Source: Candidatus Nanohaloarchaea archaeon (GTDB taxonomy: Archaea; Nanohalarchaeota; Nanosalinia; Nanosalinales; Nanosalinaceae). From it: a DNA stretch of 64,000 nt. Position numbers and translations under genes: made by a program. The stretch covers positions 44,945 through 108,944 of the forward strand of contig JBEQBC010000003.1 of NCBI GenBank assembly GCA_041640035.1, in the 5' to 3' direction. The notes beneath the pieces were generated by a model. It saw only the letters and a program-made list of their open reading frames with translations. It did no database searches and was not told the DNA's origin. Shown piece by piece: positions 37,526 to 46,132 of this stretch. The first letter of the stretch is position 1, and every line of letters starts with the position of its first letter.

Positions 37526-38251
37526 TTAATCTATTTTTTCTTCTATAAAACTGTTTCTATACCATTCTTCGACAAGAGCTGAAGTATTGGGCTTTTCTCC
37601 GTATGCTTCAGGCCAGTCCCAGTAACGAAAACCGTTACTATTGAATTCTACCTGTTCAAAGACCTGATCTACAGGTAGTACCAGTTCTCCTACCAAAGCT
37701 GATTCAACAGGCTCCATTTCTGTTCCTTCGTTCACATTTTCTACTGGTACGGGCAGTTTCTGTCTTTCATCGTCCGTGAACGAGCTTCTCGGGTAATGTA
37801 CAACTGTGTGAAGCAGTGCGTCCTGTTCTGCCAGTTTTTTCATCGATTCCTCTCTCATGTAGATTCCTCCCGGCCTTGAATACCATCTTCCTTTTCCATC
37901 TTCGCCTTGACTGGCGAGAATTGCTGCTCCTTTGGCCTGGACGGGTACATCCTCGAATACTCCGTCTGTTACTACAAGGTCTACTTCTCCGTCGTTCACT
38001 CTTTCCATGTGGTAGGTGTCTTCAAGGTAGTCTTCCACCATGTTTCCTATATCGTCGGTATATCTTCCGAGATGTGGTCTTCCCCAGCTTTCTCTCTTGT
38101 CCTCAGGTCTCTGATCCAGAGGATCTACCGCTTCTTCAGCACGACTGTTCATGGAGAAATGTGGGTGGTAAGGTCTTTTCTCGCCTCCAAGCGCTTCATA
38201 AACGGACCAAATAGTTTCTATATCCGAAGAAGTTTCTTCTAATTGCTCCAT
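37526..38251 (-). CDS. Putative PD-(D/E)XK-like nuclease, paralog A
   Basis: IGNMVE...VDLVV...PVQAKGAA; similar to adjacent ORF. Confidence 0.5.
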   Translation of the reverse strand: MEQLEETSSDIETIWSVYEALGGEKRPYHPHFSMNSRAEEAVDPLDQRPEDKRESWGRPHLGRYTDDIGNMVEDYLEDTYHMERVNDGEVDLVVTDGVFEDVPVQAKGAAILASQGEDGKGRWYSRPGGIYMREESMKKLAEQDALLHTVVHYPRSSFTDDERQKLPVPVENVNEGTEMEPVESALVGELVLPVDQVFEQVEFNSNGFRYWDWPEAYGEKPNTSALVEEWYRNSFIEEKID

Positions 38252-38255
38252 ATGT

Positions 38256-39014
38256 CTAGTACCTCGTTAGGTCATGGCTTGGATCGTATCCTTGTTCTTC
38301 CATGCTCCGTCTTCTCAGCAGCTGGTATACAGGGCTTTCCCATGGCTGGTCGCCAAATACTTCGTCCCAGCCAAGTTCGTATAAATCGTTTTTGTACCAT
38401 GCTGAGTCCGGATCTTCCGGAGGTGAAGAAAGATCTGCGTCTATACTTTCCTCCAGAACCTGTTTAGGTACCAACATCTTGCCATGAAGCTCCAAGAACA
38501 TCTCGTTGACCCGTCCATCTTCATCTTCCTCCAGATGCAGAGTATCGAAACCATTCTCCTGAGGCTGGTGAGCGGGATTGTATATGTTGAAGTCGATTAA
38601 TGATCTTTCCGGTAAGTCATCGTAGTTGTCATGTCTTAATTTGAATGCGCCTTTCCTGTAGTCCGGGTTTCCATCCTTGTCTGTTCCTCTCTTAGTATAA
38701 AGTGCTGCAGATTTGACCTGTACAGGCCAGCCTTCCGCACGGTCGCTGAACCCTATCCTGATATCTACAGCGCCGTTGTCTTCCAGTTGAGCTCCGTAGT
38801 CGTTTGCTGCGTATCTTTCAAATATGTTTCCGATCTTTTTCACGCCGTCTCGGTTGATGTGCGCTCGGTCCGTTGATTCCTCTCCGGATACCTGTGCAGC
38901 TTGGACGGGATGCCAGTGTAGTATGTCGCTTCCGGCTAGTTCTGCGAAGTCGGATGGTTCCTCAACTTTGTCGCCGTTCAAGAATTTAGTTACTGCGTCT
39001 CCCCATTCCCCCAT
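38256..39014 (-). CDS. Putative PD-(D/E)XK-like nuclease, paralog B
   Basis: IGNIFE...VDIRI...PVQVKSAA. Confidence 0.5.
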   Translation of the reverse strand: MGEWGDAVTKFLNGDKVEEPSDFAELAGSDILHWHPVQAAQVSGEESTDRAHINRDGVKKIGNIFERYAANDYGAQLEDNGAVDIRIGFSDRAEGWPVQVKSAALYTKRGTDKDGNPDYRKGAFKLRHDNYDDLPERSLIDFNIYNPAHQPQENGFDTLHLEEDEDGRVNEMFLELHGKMLVPKQVLEESIDADLSSPPEDPDSAWYKNDLYELGWDEVFGDQPWESPVYQLLRRRSMEEQGYDPSHDLTRY

Positions 39015-39052
39015 ACAGGTGTAGTAGAATGTAAAGTTAAATTTGGTTCGAC

Positions 39053-39493
39053 TCAGCGAATTTCGCTTAGGTCTCTATTTTCCAGGTACTTTTCAAGCCG
39101 TTGAACTGAGGGTATACTGTAAGCTGAGTGGTAATGGAATTCCTGTTCGCCATATTCCTTTGGCTTCACCCATTTGATCCTGTCGTGTTCATGTGATGCT
39201 GGTTTGGCATCCGAATCTTCTGTCTCGGTGTAAACTATGTACGCGTTGGCACATCCGTTCTCATCTTCAATCTCTACTCTTGCCAGATCCACAAATTTGT
39301 CTGCATCAAGACTTGTTTCTTCTCTCAGTTCTCTTGAGGCAGCTTCAAAGCGGTCTTCGTCTTCTTCTATTTTTCCTCCTGGAAGCTCCCATTTCTGCAT
39401 CTCTTCTTTCCTGCATAGCAGTACTTTTCCACCGTTTCTTCTTGCTACTACACGGACTACCGGTGTTCTGTCATCGCTGTAATCCAGTTTCAT
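39053..39493 (-). CDS. Nudix hydrolase
   Basis: WELPGGKIEEDEDRFEAASRELREETSL Nudix box. Confidence 0.92.
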   Translation of the reverse strand: MKLDYSDDRTPVVRVVARRNGGKVLLCRKEEMQKWELPGGKIEEDEDRFEAASRELREETSLDADKFVDLARVEIEDENGCANAYIVYTETEDSDAKPASHEHDRIKWVKPKEYGEQEFHYHSAYSIPSVQRLEKYLENRDLSEIR

Positions 39494-39505
39494 ATCTGTA
39501 TCATC

Positions 39506-39955
39506 TCAGTATATTTTGTCTTTGTCAAGGTATTCCTCTAGATACATCATAGGTACGATATCGTAGCCTGCATCGCTGTGCCAGTCCATCTCTAAGAATT
39601 CTTCCGGACTAACCCATTTGAACTCGCTGTGATGACCTTTCTCGCCTATCTCCGGTTCTCCTTCAAAGTCCTTGAAATGTACTATATAGCACGATACCAG
39701 GTGGTCGGATTCGACCTCTATCCGGACTACATCCTCGGAATTGGAGGGTTCGATTTTTATTTCTTCTTTAACCTCTCTTCTGGCTGCTTCGAACCGGTCT
39801 TCGTCTACTTTTACTCTTCCTCCGGGTAGTTCCCATTTTCCGGCTGTTTCCTTTTCTCTGTCTTCTGCTTCTCTGACTACTAGGAACTCTCCTTTCTGGT
39901 TCTGTACCAGTGCTTTGCTTACTACTATTTTTTGTCCGGAGATGTCCTCGGTCAT
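39506..39955 (-). CDS. Nudix hydrolase (tandem paralog)
   Basis: WELPGGRVKVDEDRFEAARREVKEEIKI Nudix box. Confidence 0.92.
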   Translation of the reverse strand: MTEDISGQKIVVSKALVQNQKGEFLVVREAEDREKETAGKWELPGGRVKVDEDRFEAARREVKEEIKIEPSNSEDVVRIEVESDHLVSCYIVHFKDFEGEPEIGEKGHHSEFKWVSPEEFLEMDWHSDAGYDIVPMMYLEEYLDKDKIY

Positions 39956-40013
39956 CTGTAAGCTGTGGTTGGGGTAACTACACTTTTAGATTTTGACTTC
40001 GCTGGTCATTATT

Positions 40014-40370
40014 ATGTCTGAAGCTATCGAAAGAGACGAGGATCTTGATGACTGGGAGAGTGTCCGTGATTCACTCAATGAAGTTGATACAGATTATGTG
40101 ATGGATCAGCTCGATGTAATGGGCAAAGCTGAACTTACCTATTCGGATGGTAAAACCTCTGAATGGAATGAAGATATCGCTGAAAAATATCAACAGCTGG
40201 TGAAAGGCTTTGGGGGAGAGGAACAGGTCTCACAGTACCTTGAGATAGGAGGAAAAGGAGTAGCTGTTGCCGTGGAGTACGATGATGAACCGATTTTCAC
40301 GGTTAAGGCTCTTGAACCTCATTATATGAACTTGGAGGGGCCTGATACGGATTTGGATACCGCTCTCTGA
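40014..40370 (+). CDS. Hypothetical acidic protein
   Basis: ORF from ATG 40014 with native composition; T-tract after stop. Confidence 0.6.
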   Translation: MSEAIERDEDLDDWESVRDSLNEVDTDYVMDQLDVMGKAELTYSDGKTSEWNEDIAEKYQQLVKGFGGEEQVSQYLEIGGKGVAVAVEYDDEPIFTVKALEPHYMNLEGPDTDLDTAL

Positions 40371-40374
40371 TTTT

Positions 40375-41307
40375 TTAATTTAGCTCAAATTCGATACCAG
40401 TTAACTCTTCGCTTACAGCCCAGAGCTTCTCAGCAGTTTCCTCATCGTAGGATCTTTCGGAGCTTTCCTGCTTTACAGGGTAGCCACGCATGTTCTTGAA
40501 ACCGCCGGGACCTATATAATCTCCGCTTTTAGCTTTCTGACTTGTAGCTGCGTAGATCATAGGTAGTGCTCCTTTTTCCGCGCTTTGGGCCAGTGCCTTG
40601 TTCATCGCTTTCATGAAGTATTTCTTAACGGTGGAACCTTCTTTCTCCGGTCCGCGTGTCTGGAGGTTGGTTGCGGCATATCCGGGGTGAACAGAAATTG
40701 ATTTCATCTCCAGACCTTCTTCCTTGATCTTTCTGTCCAGTTCGTAGGTGAAAAGTATGTTTGCCAGTTTGGAGTCAGCGTAGACCTGCATAGGTTCGTA
40801 GCTTTCCTCATGCATCAGGTCATCGAAGTCTATTTCTCCCCTGGTATGAACTCCTGAGCTCTGATTCACAATCCGCGGTTCATCAGAGTCTTTCAGTACA
40901 GGTATCAATAGAGATGTGAGTGCGAAGTGGCCGAGATGGTTTACGCCTAACTGTTTCTCGAATCCATCTTCTGTCTCCTCCCGTGGAATAGCCATAACTC
41001 CTGCGTTGTTGCACAGGATATCTAGCTTCTGATTATTGGCTTTGAATTCCTCGGCGAAATCTCTGACTGATTCAAGACTGGCAAGATCCAGCTTCTTGAC
41101 CTCCAGATCTGGGTCTTCTAACTCTTTCTCTATATCTTCTTTGGCCTCTTTTCCGCGTTCAATGCTTCTGCAAGCCATCACAACCTCTGCATTTTTCTCA
41201 GCAAGTAGTTTGGTGCCTTCGAATCCTATCCCGGAGTTGGCTCCGGTGACTATAGTGGTTTTTCCTTCTAGATCTGGTATATCTTCAGCTGTCCATTTAG
41301 AACTCAT
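40375..41307 (-). CDS. Short-chain dehydrogenase/reductase (retinol dehydrogenase-like)
   Basis: TGANSGIG, NNAG, VNHLGHF, YADSK, VHPG. Confidence 0.93.
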   Translation of the reverse strand: MSSKWTAEDIPDLEGKTTIVTGANSGIGFEGTKLLAEKNAEVVMACRSIERGKEAKEDIEKELEDPDLEVKKLDLASLESVRDFAEEFKANNQKLDILCNNAGVMAIPREETEDGFEKQLGVNHLGHFALTSLLIPVLKDSDEPRIVNQSSGVHTRGEIDFDDLMHEESYEPMQVYADSKLANILFTYELDRKIKEEGLEMKSISVHPGYAATNLQTRGPEKEGSTVKKYFMKAMNKALAQSAEKGALPMIYAATSQKAKSGDYIGPGGFKNMRGYPVKQESSERSYDEETAEKLWAVSEELTGIEFELN

Positions 41308-41325
41308 AGATAGAAAATGTAGGTT

Positions 41326-41583
41326 TTATTCTTGTAGATGTTTCGGTTCCAGTGCCTCGCCATTAAGGATGATTTCTGCATCTTCTTGCATCATAAGTGA
41401 GAACTCGTTCTGGAAAAGGCCTAGTAGCTGGCAGTTCTTCCACTCCAAGTCTTCTCTTTTCATCTCTTTCTCCAGCCTCTCTTCCGGATCTTCTGCCTCG
41501 GATACTTCTTCCATATCCAAGTCTGGCTTTATGAAAACTATGTCGTCGTCCCCACGGCTGAAATCTATCTGTTCTCTTTCCAT
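41326..41583 (-). CDS. Hypothetical protein
   Basis: 85-aa acidic ORF between co-oriented genes with short spacers. Confidence 0.55.
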   Translation of the reverse strand: MEREQIDFSRGDDDIVFIKPDLDMEEVSEAEDPEERLEKEMKREDLEWKNCQLLGLFQNEFSLMMQEDAEIILNGEALEPKHLQE

Positions 41584-41590
41584 AGATCTA

Positions 41591-43381
41591 TCATTTCTCG
41601 TAGTATTCGCCTTTCTGGCGTTGTTCCCGGTCTTTCTGGCTGTCAGGTTTGTTGGCTCTTGGACGGCCTGTATCCGGGTCTTTCCTGAATGTGATATCCA
41701 CTTCTTCCAGGAAGCTGTTCATGGCGTCGCCGATCTTTACCGGTTCTGCTGCTACGCCTTCTTCTCCTGGTTCTCCTTTGAAAACCATTCCCCGGTCTGC
41801 TATGTAGTCAAGAAGCAGCAGGTCGTGGTCGATTACCATCAATGGTTTTTCGGATTTACGGGCGAACCGTTTCAGCATTCTTCCAAGCTCTACTCGGGCC
41901 TCTACATCCAGGTATGCGGATGGTTCGTCCAGGAGGTAGACATCTGCGTCGCGTGAGAGACATATAGCGATTCCGACTCGCTGAAGTTCTCCTCCTGAAA
42001 GCTCTTTCAGATCCTGTTCATATAGTTCTTCCAGGTTTAACGGGTTCCCGATCCGGTTCTCGAATCTCTTGCTTTCCGGGTTCGCGTGTTCTGAGATAGC
42101 TTCTTTTACCGTTGCTTTGCTGGCTTCTAGGTACTGTGGTTTGTATGAGATTGAGAGGTCGCTGGATTCTCCTTCATCCGGTTCTATTCCGCCGGCTAGC
42201 ATCTTGGCGAACACGGTTTTTCCAAGCCCGTTCTCTCCGAAGATTGCAAGTATCTCTTCCTCGTGAAGTTTTCCGGGCTTGGTTTCTAGGCTGAATTCGT
42301 CTTCTCCAAAGTCTTTCTTGAACCCTGGGAAGCTAAGTACTACCGGTTTGTTCTCTACCTGGCTTCTCTTGGTGCGGTCGAACTTGATCTTGTTGCTTCT
42401 GAATCTTACATTGTCTGATGGCAGGTAGCCGTCCAGGTAGTTGTTGATTCCTTCTTTGGTGGACTGTGCGTCGGATACCATTCCGTAACTTCCTGGTTCT
42501 CCGTAGAAGATATGGATTCCATCCGCTATCAGATCAAGTGTTGCCAGATCGTGCTCTACAGCCATAGCTTTCTCTTCTTCACCCAGGCTTCTGATCTCTC
42601 CTCCAGCTTTCAAACGCTGTTTTACATCTAGAAAGGAGCTTGATTCGTCGAATACATAGAAGTCCGCGTCCTTGAGTAGTGTTGCTGCGATAGATACGCG
42701 CTGGAGTTCTCCTCCGGAGAGATGTTCTATTTCTCTATCCAACAAGTGTTTGATGTCGAGTTTTTCTGCGGTTTCCTCCAGATTGTCTTTCTGGTCGGCC
42801 TGTTCCAGTAGTTCTTGTACTTTTCCTTCGTATTTTTCTGGTATTCTTTCGACCTGCTGCGGTTTGTATGCTTGATCGATTCCTTCGCTTTCAAGTTTCT
42901 GGAAATGGTTCTGGAGCCCGGTTCCTCGGTACTTCTTCAGTATTTCGTCCCATTCCGGCGGGTTCTGCCAGTCTCCTAGGTTGGGTTTGATGTCTCCTGC
43001 CAGTATTTTGAGTGATACTGATTTTCCGATTCCATTCTCTCCAATCAGTCCAACTACGCGACCTTCTTCCGGTGCTGGTAGATCGTAAAGTCGGAAGCTG
43101 TTCTCACTGAACTGGTGTACTTTTTCTCCTTCTTCTGCAGGTAGCTGGATCATCTTGATGGCATCTTCGTACGGGTATTTGTTGATTGCCATCTTGTGCG
43201 CTTCCATTACATCTTCGTCATTGATGTGGAGTTCTTCCTCTTCGTTGATGTAGAAGCCTCCTTCTTTTCCTGCCCGGTTCAGGGGGTCGTAGTTGATCAC
43301 TGTTTCCCTTGCCAGGTCTGGTTCGATCTTGTCCTGGTCGATCACCACGATGTACTTGTCGGAGTTTTTACCTGTTGCCAT
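41591..43381 (-). CDS. rli: Ribosome recycling ATPase ABCE1/RLI, Fe-S cysteines absent
   Basis: Two ABC domains (GENGIGKS, GENGLGKT, LSGGELQRV twice), YKPQ, ITFRKD..GRPRANK..SQKD..Q...GEYY hinge. Confidence 0.95.
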   Translation of the reverse strand: MATGKNSDKYIVVIDQDKIEPDLARETVINYDPLNRAGKEGGFYINEEEELHINDEDVMEAHKMAINKYPYEDAIKMIQLPAEEGEKVHQFSENSFRLYDLPAPEEGRVVGLIGENGIGKSVSLKILAGDIKPNLGDWQNPPEWDEILKKYRGTGLQNHFQKLESEGIDQAYKPQQVERIPEKYEGKVQELLEQADQKDNLEETAEKLDIKHLLDREIEHLSGGELQRVSIAATLLKDADFYVFDESSSFLDVKQRLKAGGEIRSLGEEEKAMAVEHDLATLDLIADGIHIFYGEPGSYGMVSDAQSTKEGINNYLDGYLPSDNVRFRSNKIKFDRTKRSQVENKPVVLSFPGFKKDFGEDEFSLETKPGKLHEEEILAIFGENGLGKTVFAKMLAGGIEPDEGESSDLSISYKPQYLEASKATVKEAISEHANPESKRFENRIGNPLNLEELYEQDLKELSGGELQRVGIAICLSRDADVYLLDEPSAYLDVEARVELGRMLKRFARKSEKPLMVIDHDLLLLDYIADRGMVFKGEPGEEGVAAEPVKIGDAMNSFLEEVDITFRKDPDTGRPRANKPDSQKDREQRQKGEYYEK

Positions 43382-43465
43382 AATATCGTTACTGAGTGGG
43401 TTATCTACTTAATTCCTAGTTTGGAGTTGGTAGAAAAGTAGAATAAGAAAGAGGGATAGAGAAAT

Positions 43466-43969
43466 TTATTCGAAGGATAGTTCGTATTCTTCGCCTGTTA
43501 CTTCTTCGACGACATGTTCGAACTCTTCGTTGCTCATGTTGATCTTTCCTTCGTATTCCTCGCTTACAACGATCTTTTTGCTCTGTCCGTCAGGCTTGAA
43601 GACTGTATTGATTGACTGGATCTCTGCCGGGCTTAGAAGTCCTTGGATTACTTCTCTGTTGTCTTCTGATTTCTCGACTATCCGGATTGATTTGTCTACC
43701 TGGCTTGCGATTTCTTTTACGATTTCTCCGCCTTTTCCTACGACCTTGGCTCCGTCTCCTTCTGCTGTTACTATTACGATGACATTTTCTGTGTCGATTG
43801 CTTTGATTATTTCGCTGTCGCGGAGTGATCCGTATTCGTTGCTGAGGTCGTGGAGTATCCTTGAGATTTTTATGTCGAGTTCTGTTATCTCGCCCTCGTC
43901 GAGCTTTTCCTGGCATCCGCTGCACAGGACATCGCTCTTTAGACATACATTACATATTGGTGCCTTCAT
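43466..43969 (-). CDS. NusA-like KH-domain protein with N-terminal Cys cluster
   Basis: PICNVC..LCSGC; VVGKGG KH motif; IRIVE. Confidence 0.8.
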   Translation of the reverse strand: MKAPICNVCLKSDVLCSGCQEKLDEGEITELDIKISRILHDLSNEYGSLRDSEIIKAIDTENVIVIVTAEGDGAKVVGKGGEIVKEIASQVDKSIRIVEKSEDNREVIQGLLSPAEIQSINTVFKPDGQSKKIVVSEEYEGKINMSNEEFEHVVEEVTGEEYELSFE

Positions 43970-44031
43970 GTATAGAAAGAAGTTAGTGAAAAATTAAATA
44001 CCTGAGCCATCTACATGTTTTAATCTCCGTT

Positions 44032-44544
44032 TCAGATTCTCGACCTTAACTCCAGTGGTTCAGCAATTAAAGCAATTTCCTGGTACACTGCAAGCATCAG
44101 TAGAAGAGCTGAGCCGTAGAAACCGAAGTAACTATTGATTCCGGATAGTAGAACAGTCAGAGATGCGGCTAGACCGAACTCTACCGGTCCAAATGTCAGT
44201 TCGTATGTGTGGTTCAGTTTTTCTTTCAAACTTAACTCGGTTAGAAGCAGTAAGGCAAAAATCGATAGAGCTGAGATACTGAGATATTTAGGCACTGATT
44301 GAATATTGACTGCGAGGGCGGCCAGTGTTAGGAAAACCGTGTTTTTCAGCAAAGGTACCGTGACTTTTCTCTTGCGGTTCATTCCTTCCCGATTTGCTTT
44401 TCTTGAGGTTCTCAGGTAGCTGAACACTGACAGTAGACCGAGTAGGCCGGATGCTATTAGAAGGCCTCTTACTGATGTTATTGCTGTTACTAGAAGTAGT
44501 GCAAATGTTGATAGATAGAGTGTTTTGAAACCTGGTTCTCTCAT
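44032..44544 (-). CDS. Membrane protein, unknown function
   Basis: Multiple hydrophobic helices. Confidence 0.6.
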   Translation of the reverse strand: MREPGFKTLYLSTFALLLVTAITSVRGLLIASGLLGLLSVFSYLRTSRKANREGMNRKRKVTVPLLKNTVFLTLAALAVNIQSVPKYLSISALSIFALLLLTELSLKEKLNHTYELTFGPVEFGLAASLTVLLSGINSYFGFYGSALLLMLAVYQEIALIAEPLELRSRI

Positions 44545-44627
44545 CTAGTTATTACTTGTGAGTTAAACCTAATAACAGTTGTGCTGAGAACTTGGTAGTT
44601 GTAGTAAAAAAGAAATGTGAAAAACCT

Positions 44628-44726
44628 CCAGGTGGAGGAGAACAGGACTCTTGCTCTAGTCGAAAGGGGGGGGAGGGGAGTTTTCGATTTAGCAAGAGTT
44701 TGAGAGTCCCACTCTCTTCCACCTGG
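44628..44726 (-). ncRNA. Long structured element downstream of ftsZ (3' UTR or sRNA) with C-rich loop
   Basis: Nested inverted repeats CCAGGTGGA/TCCACCTGG, ACTCTTGCT/AGCAAGAGT, TCGAAA/TTTCGA around CTCCCCTCCCCCCCC; U-rich tract follows on minus strand. Confidence 0.6.
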
Positions 44727-44747
44727 TAGCATTAATTACTAGGCGCT

Positions 44748-45818
44748 TTACTCAAGCACCTCTAAGCCTAGGTCGTTTACATCGCCGGTGACTTCTGTTT
44801 CTTCATCTTCCTCGATATCACCGAGTACATATGGGCTTTCTACACCAGTGACGATGGATATAACTTGTAGCTTTCCTTCTAGTTCGTCCTTGATTCTTGC
44901 ACCCCAGATTACCTGTGCTGAGGTGTCAAGTTTCTGCTTGACTCTCTGTCCTACATCGTTGATCTCGTTGAGTGTAAGGTCTTGTCCTCCGGCTACATGA
45001 AGGAGTGCTCCATTCGCTCCGTCGAATTCTACATCGAGGAGTGGGTTGCTTAGTGCTTCGTGGATTGCTTCTTCTCCTTTGTTGTTGGTGTCGCTTTCTC
45101 CGTATCCTACTACTGCGACTCCTCCTTCGTTCATGATTGCCTGGACATCTGCGTAATCAAGGTTGACTAGTGAAGGTTTGCTGATTGTTTCTGTAATTCC
45201 CTGGATCATTGTTGTGATCAGTTCGTCTGCTACTCCGAATGCCTGATCCAGTGGCATGTCTCCTGCAATATCGAGTAGTTTGTCGTTTTCGATTACGATT
45301 GCGGTGTCGACATGCTGTCTTAGTTTGTAAAGTCCTTCTTCTGCTTTGCTCATTCGTGCGCCTTCAATCTCGAAAGGCATCGTTACTGTTCCGATTACTA
45401 TACATCCTTCTTTCTTTGCGATCTCTGCTAGGACTGGTGATACTCCTGTTCCGGTTCCTCCTCCAAGTCCTGCTGTGAGGAATACCATGTCTGCGTCTTT
45501 AAACAGGTTTCTTAGCTCTGCACGGTTTTCTTCTGCTGCCCGTGCTCCTTTTTCTGGGTGTCCTCCTGCTCCGAGTCCCTTTGTCAGGTCTCGGCCGACC
45601 AGTATTTTACGGTCTGCGGAAGACATTTTCAGGTGCTGCTTGTCAGTGTTGATAGCGACAGTTTCAGCTCCCTCTACTTCCTTATTCTGGATCCGGGTGA
45701 TCTGATTGTTACCAGCTCCCCCAGCTCCTACTACTAGGATTTTAGCATCTTTTACATCTTCGAGACTTTGTTTGTCAGCCTCTTCTTCTTGACCAGCGTT
45801 ATCGATTATGGATTCCAT
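44748..45818 (-). CDS. ftsZ: Cell division protein FtsZ (FtsZ2-like by eye)
   Basis: GAGGAGNN, INTD, GLGAGG, GGGTGTG, NLDYAD, IWGAR. Confidence 0.97.
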   Translation of the reverse strand: MESIIDNAGQEEEADKQSLEDVKDAKILVVGAGGAGNNQITRIQNKEVEGAETVAINTDKQHLKMSSADRKILVGRDLTKGLGAGGHPEKGARAAEENRAELRNLFKDADMVFLTAGLGGGTGTGVSPVLAEIAKKEGCIVIGTVTMPFEIEGARMSKAEEGLYKLRQHVDTAIVIENDKLLDIAGDMPLDQAFGVADELITTMIQGITETISKPSLVNLDYADVQAIMNEGGVAVVGYGESDTNNKGEEAIHEALSNPLLDVEFDGANGALLHVAGGQDLTLNEINDVGQRVKQKLDTSAQVIWGARIKDELEGKLQVISIVTGVESPYVLGDIEEDEETEVTGDVNDLGLEVLE

Positions 45819-45889
45819 TGTAAGTATCAGCCTGCGGTGTAGTTGCACCTAACCTTTTTAAGTCGGCATAGGTAATTCTAACCTAGAAC

Positions 45890-46056
45890 AAATCGAACTC
45901 GTCTTGCCCAAGACGAAAACTTACATGATTCACTTCGAGTTTGCCCAAACTCGAACTTGCCCGACTTTGATTCGACCTGTTTCAACTCGTGCCCGCGAGT
46001 CGAAAGGTCAACGAACCTCAGATCATGTGCCCGCATGATCGAAGTTCAATCGAGCT
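45890..46056 (-). ncRNA. Multi-hairpin array with five GGGCA motifs, upstream of ftsZ
   Basis: Four clear stems of different sequence and one weak one, each centred on GCCC (plus strand 45906, 45943, 45959, 45991, 46029). Strand is inferred. Confidence 0.65.
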
Positions 46057-46087
46057 ATCTTCTATACTAACTTATACTTGAAGCCTG

Positions 46088-46132
46088 TTTATAAATGTTT
46101 CCTTGAAGTAGTTACTGTTCACGACTGTTCAC
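46088..46132 (-). promoter_or_regulatory. TATA box with BRE-like purines and a 9-bp direct repeat
   Basis: Minus strand GGAAACA-TTTATAAA at 46088-46102; ACTGTTCAC twice at 46114-46122 and 46124-46132. Confidence 0.55.

Noticed and set aside
41036-41956. Long antisense ORFs (also 17887-18549, 18550-19128, 52396-53067 and many others)
   Set aside because: Ser/Phe-rich shadows of GAA/GAC-rich genes on the opposite strand, with no motifs.
44541-44732. 63-aa minus-strand ORF across the hairpin downstream of ftsZ
   Set aside because: Atypical composition, crosses the C-run and U-tract; better explained as non-coding structure.
45878-46036. 52-codon minus-strand ORF (MRAHDLRFVD...VRFVLG) spanning the hairpin array; possible cdrS
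   Set aside because: Basic rather than acidic, no ribbon-helix-helix pattern, and the GGGCA motifs fall in different codon phases, so RNA structure explains the sequence better. A uORF role is not fully excluded.
45890-46056. Hairpin array as a CRISPR array, SRP RNA or RNase P RNA
   Set aside because: No identical repeats with regular spacers and no cas genes; the SRP helix-8 and RNase P P4 signature sequences were not seen.
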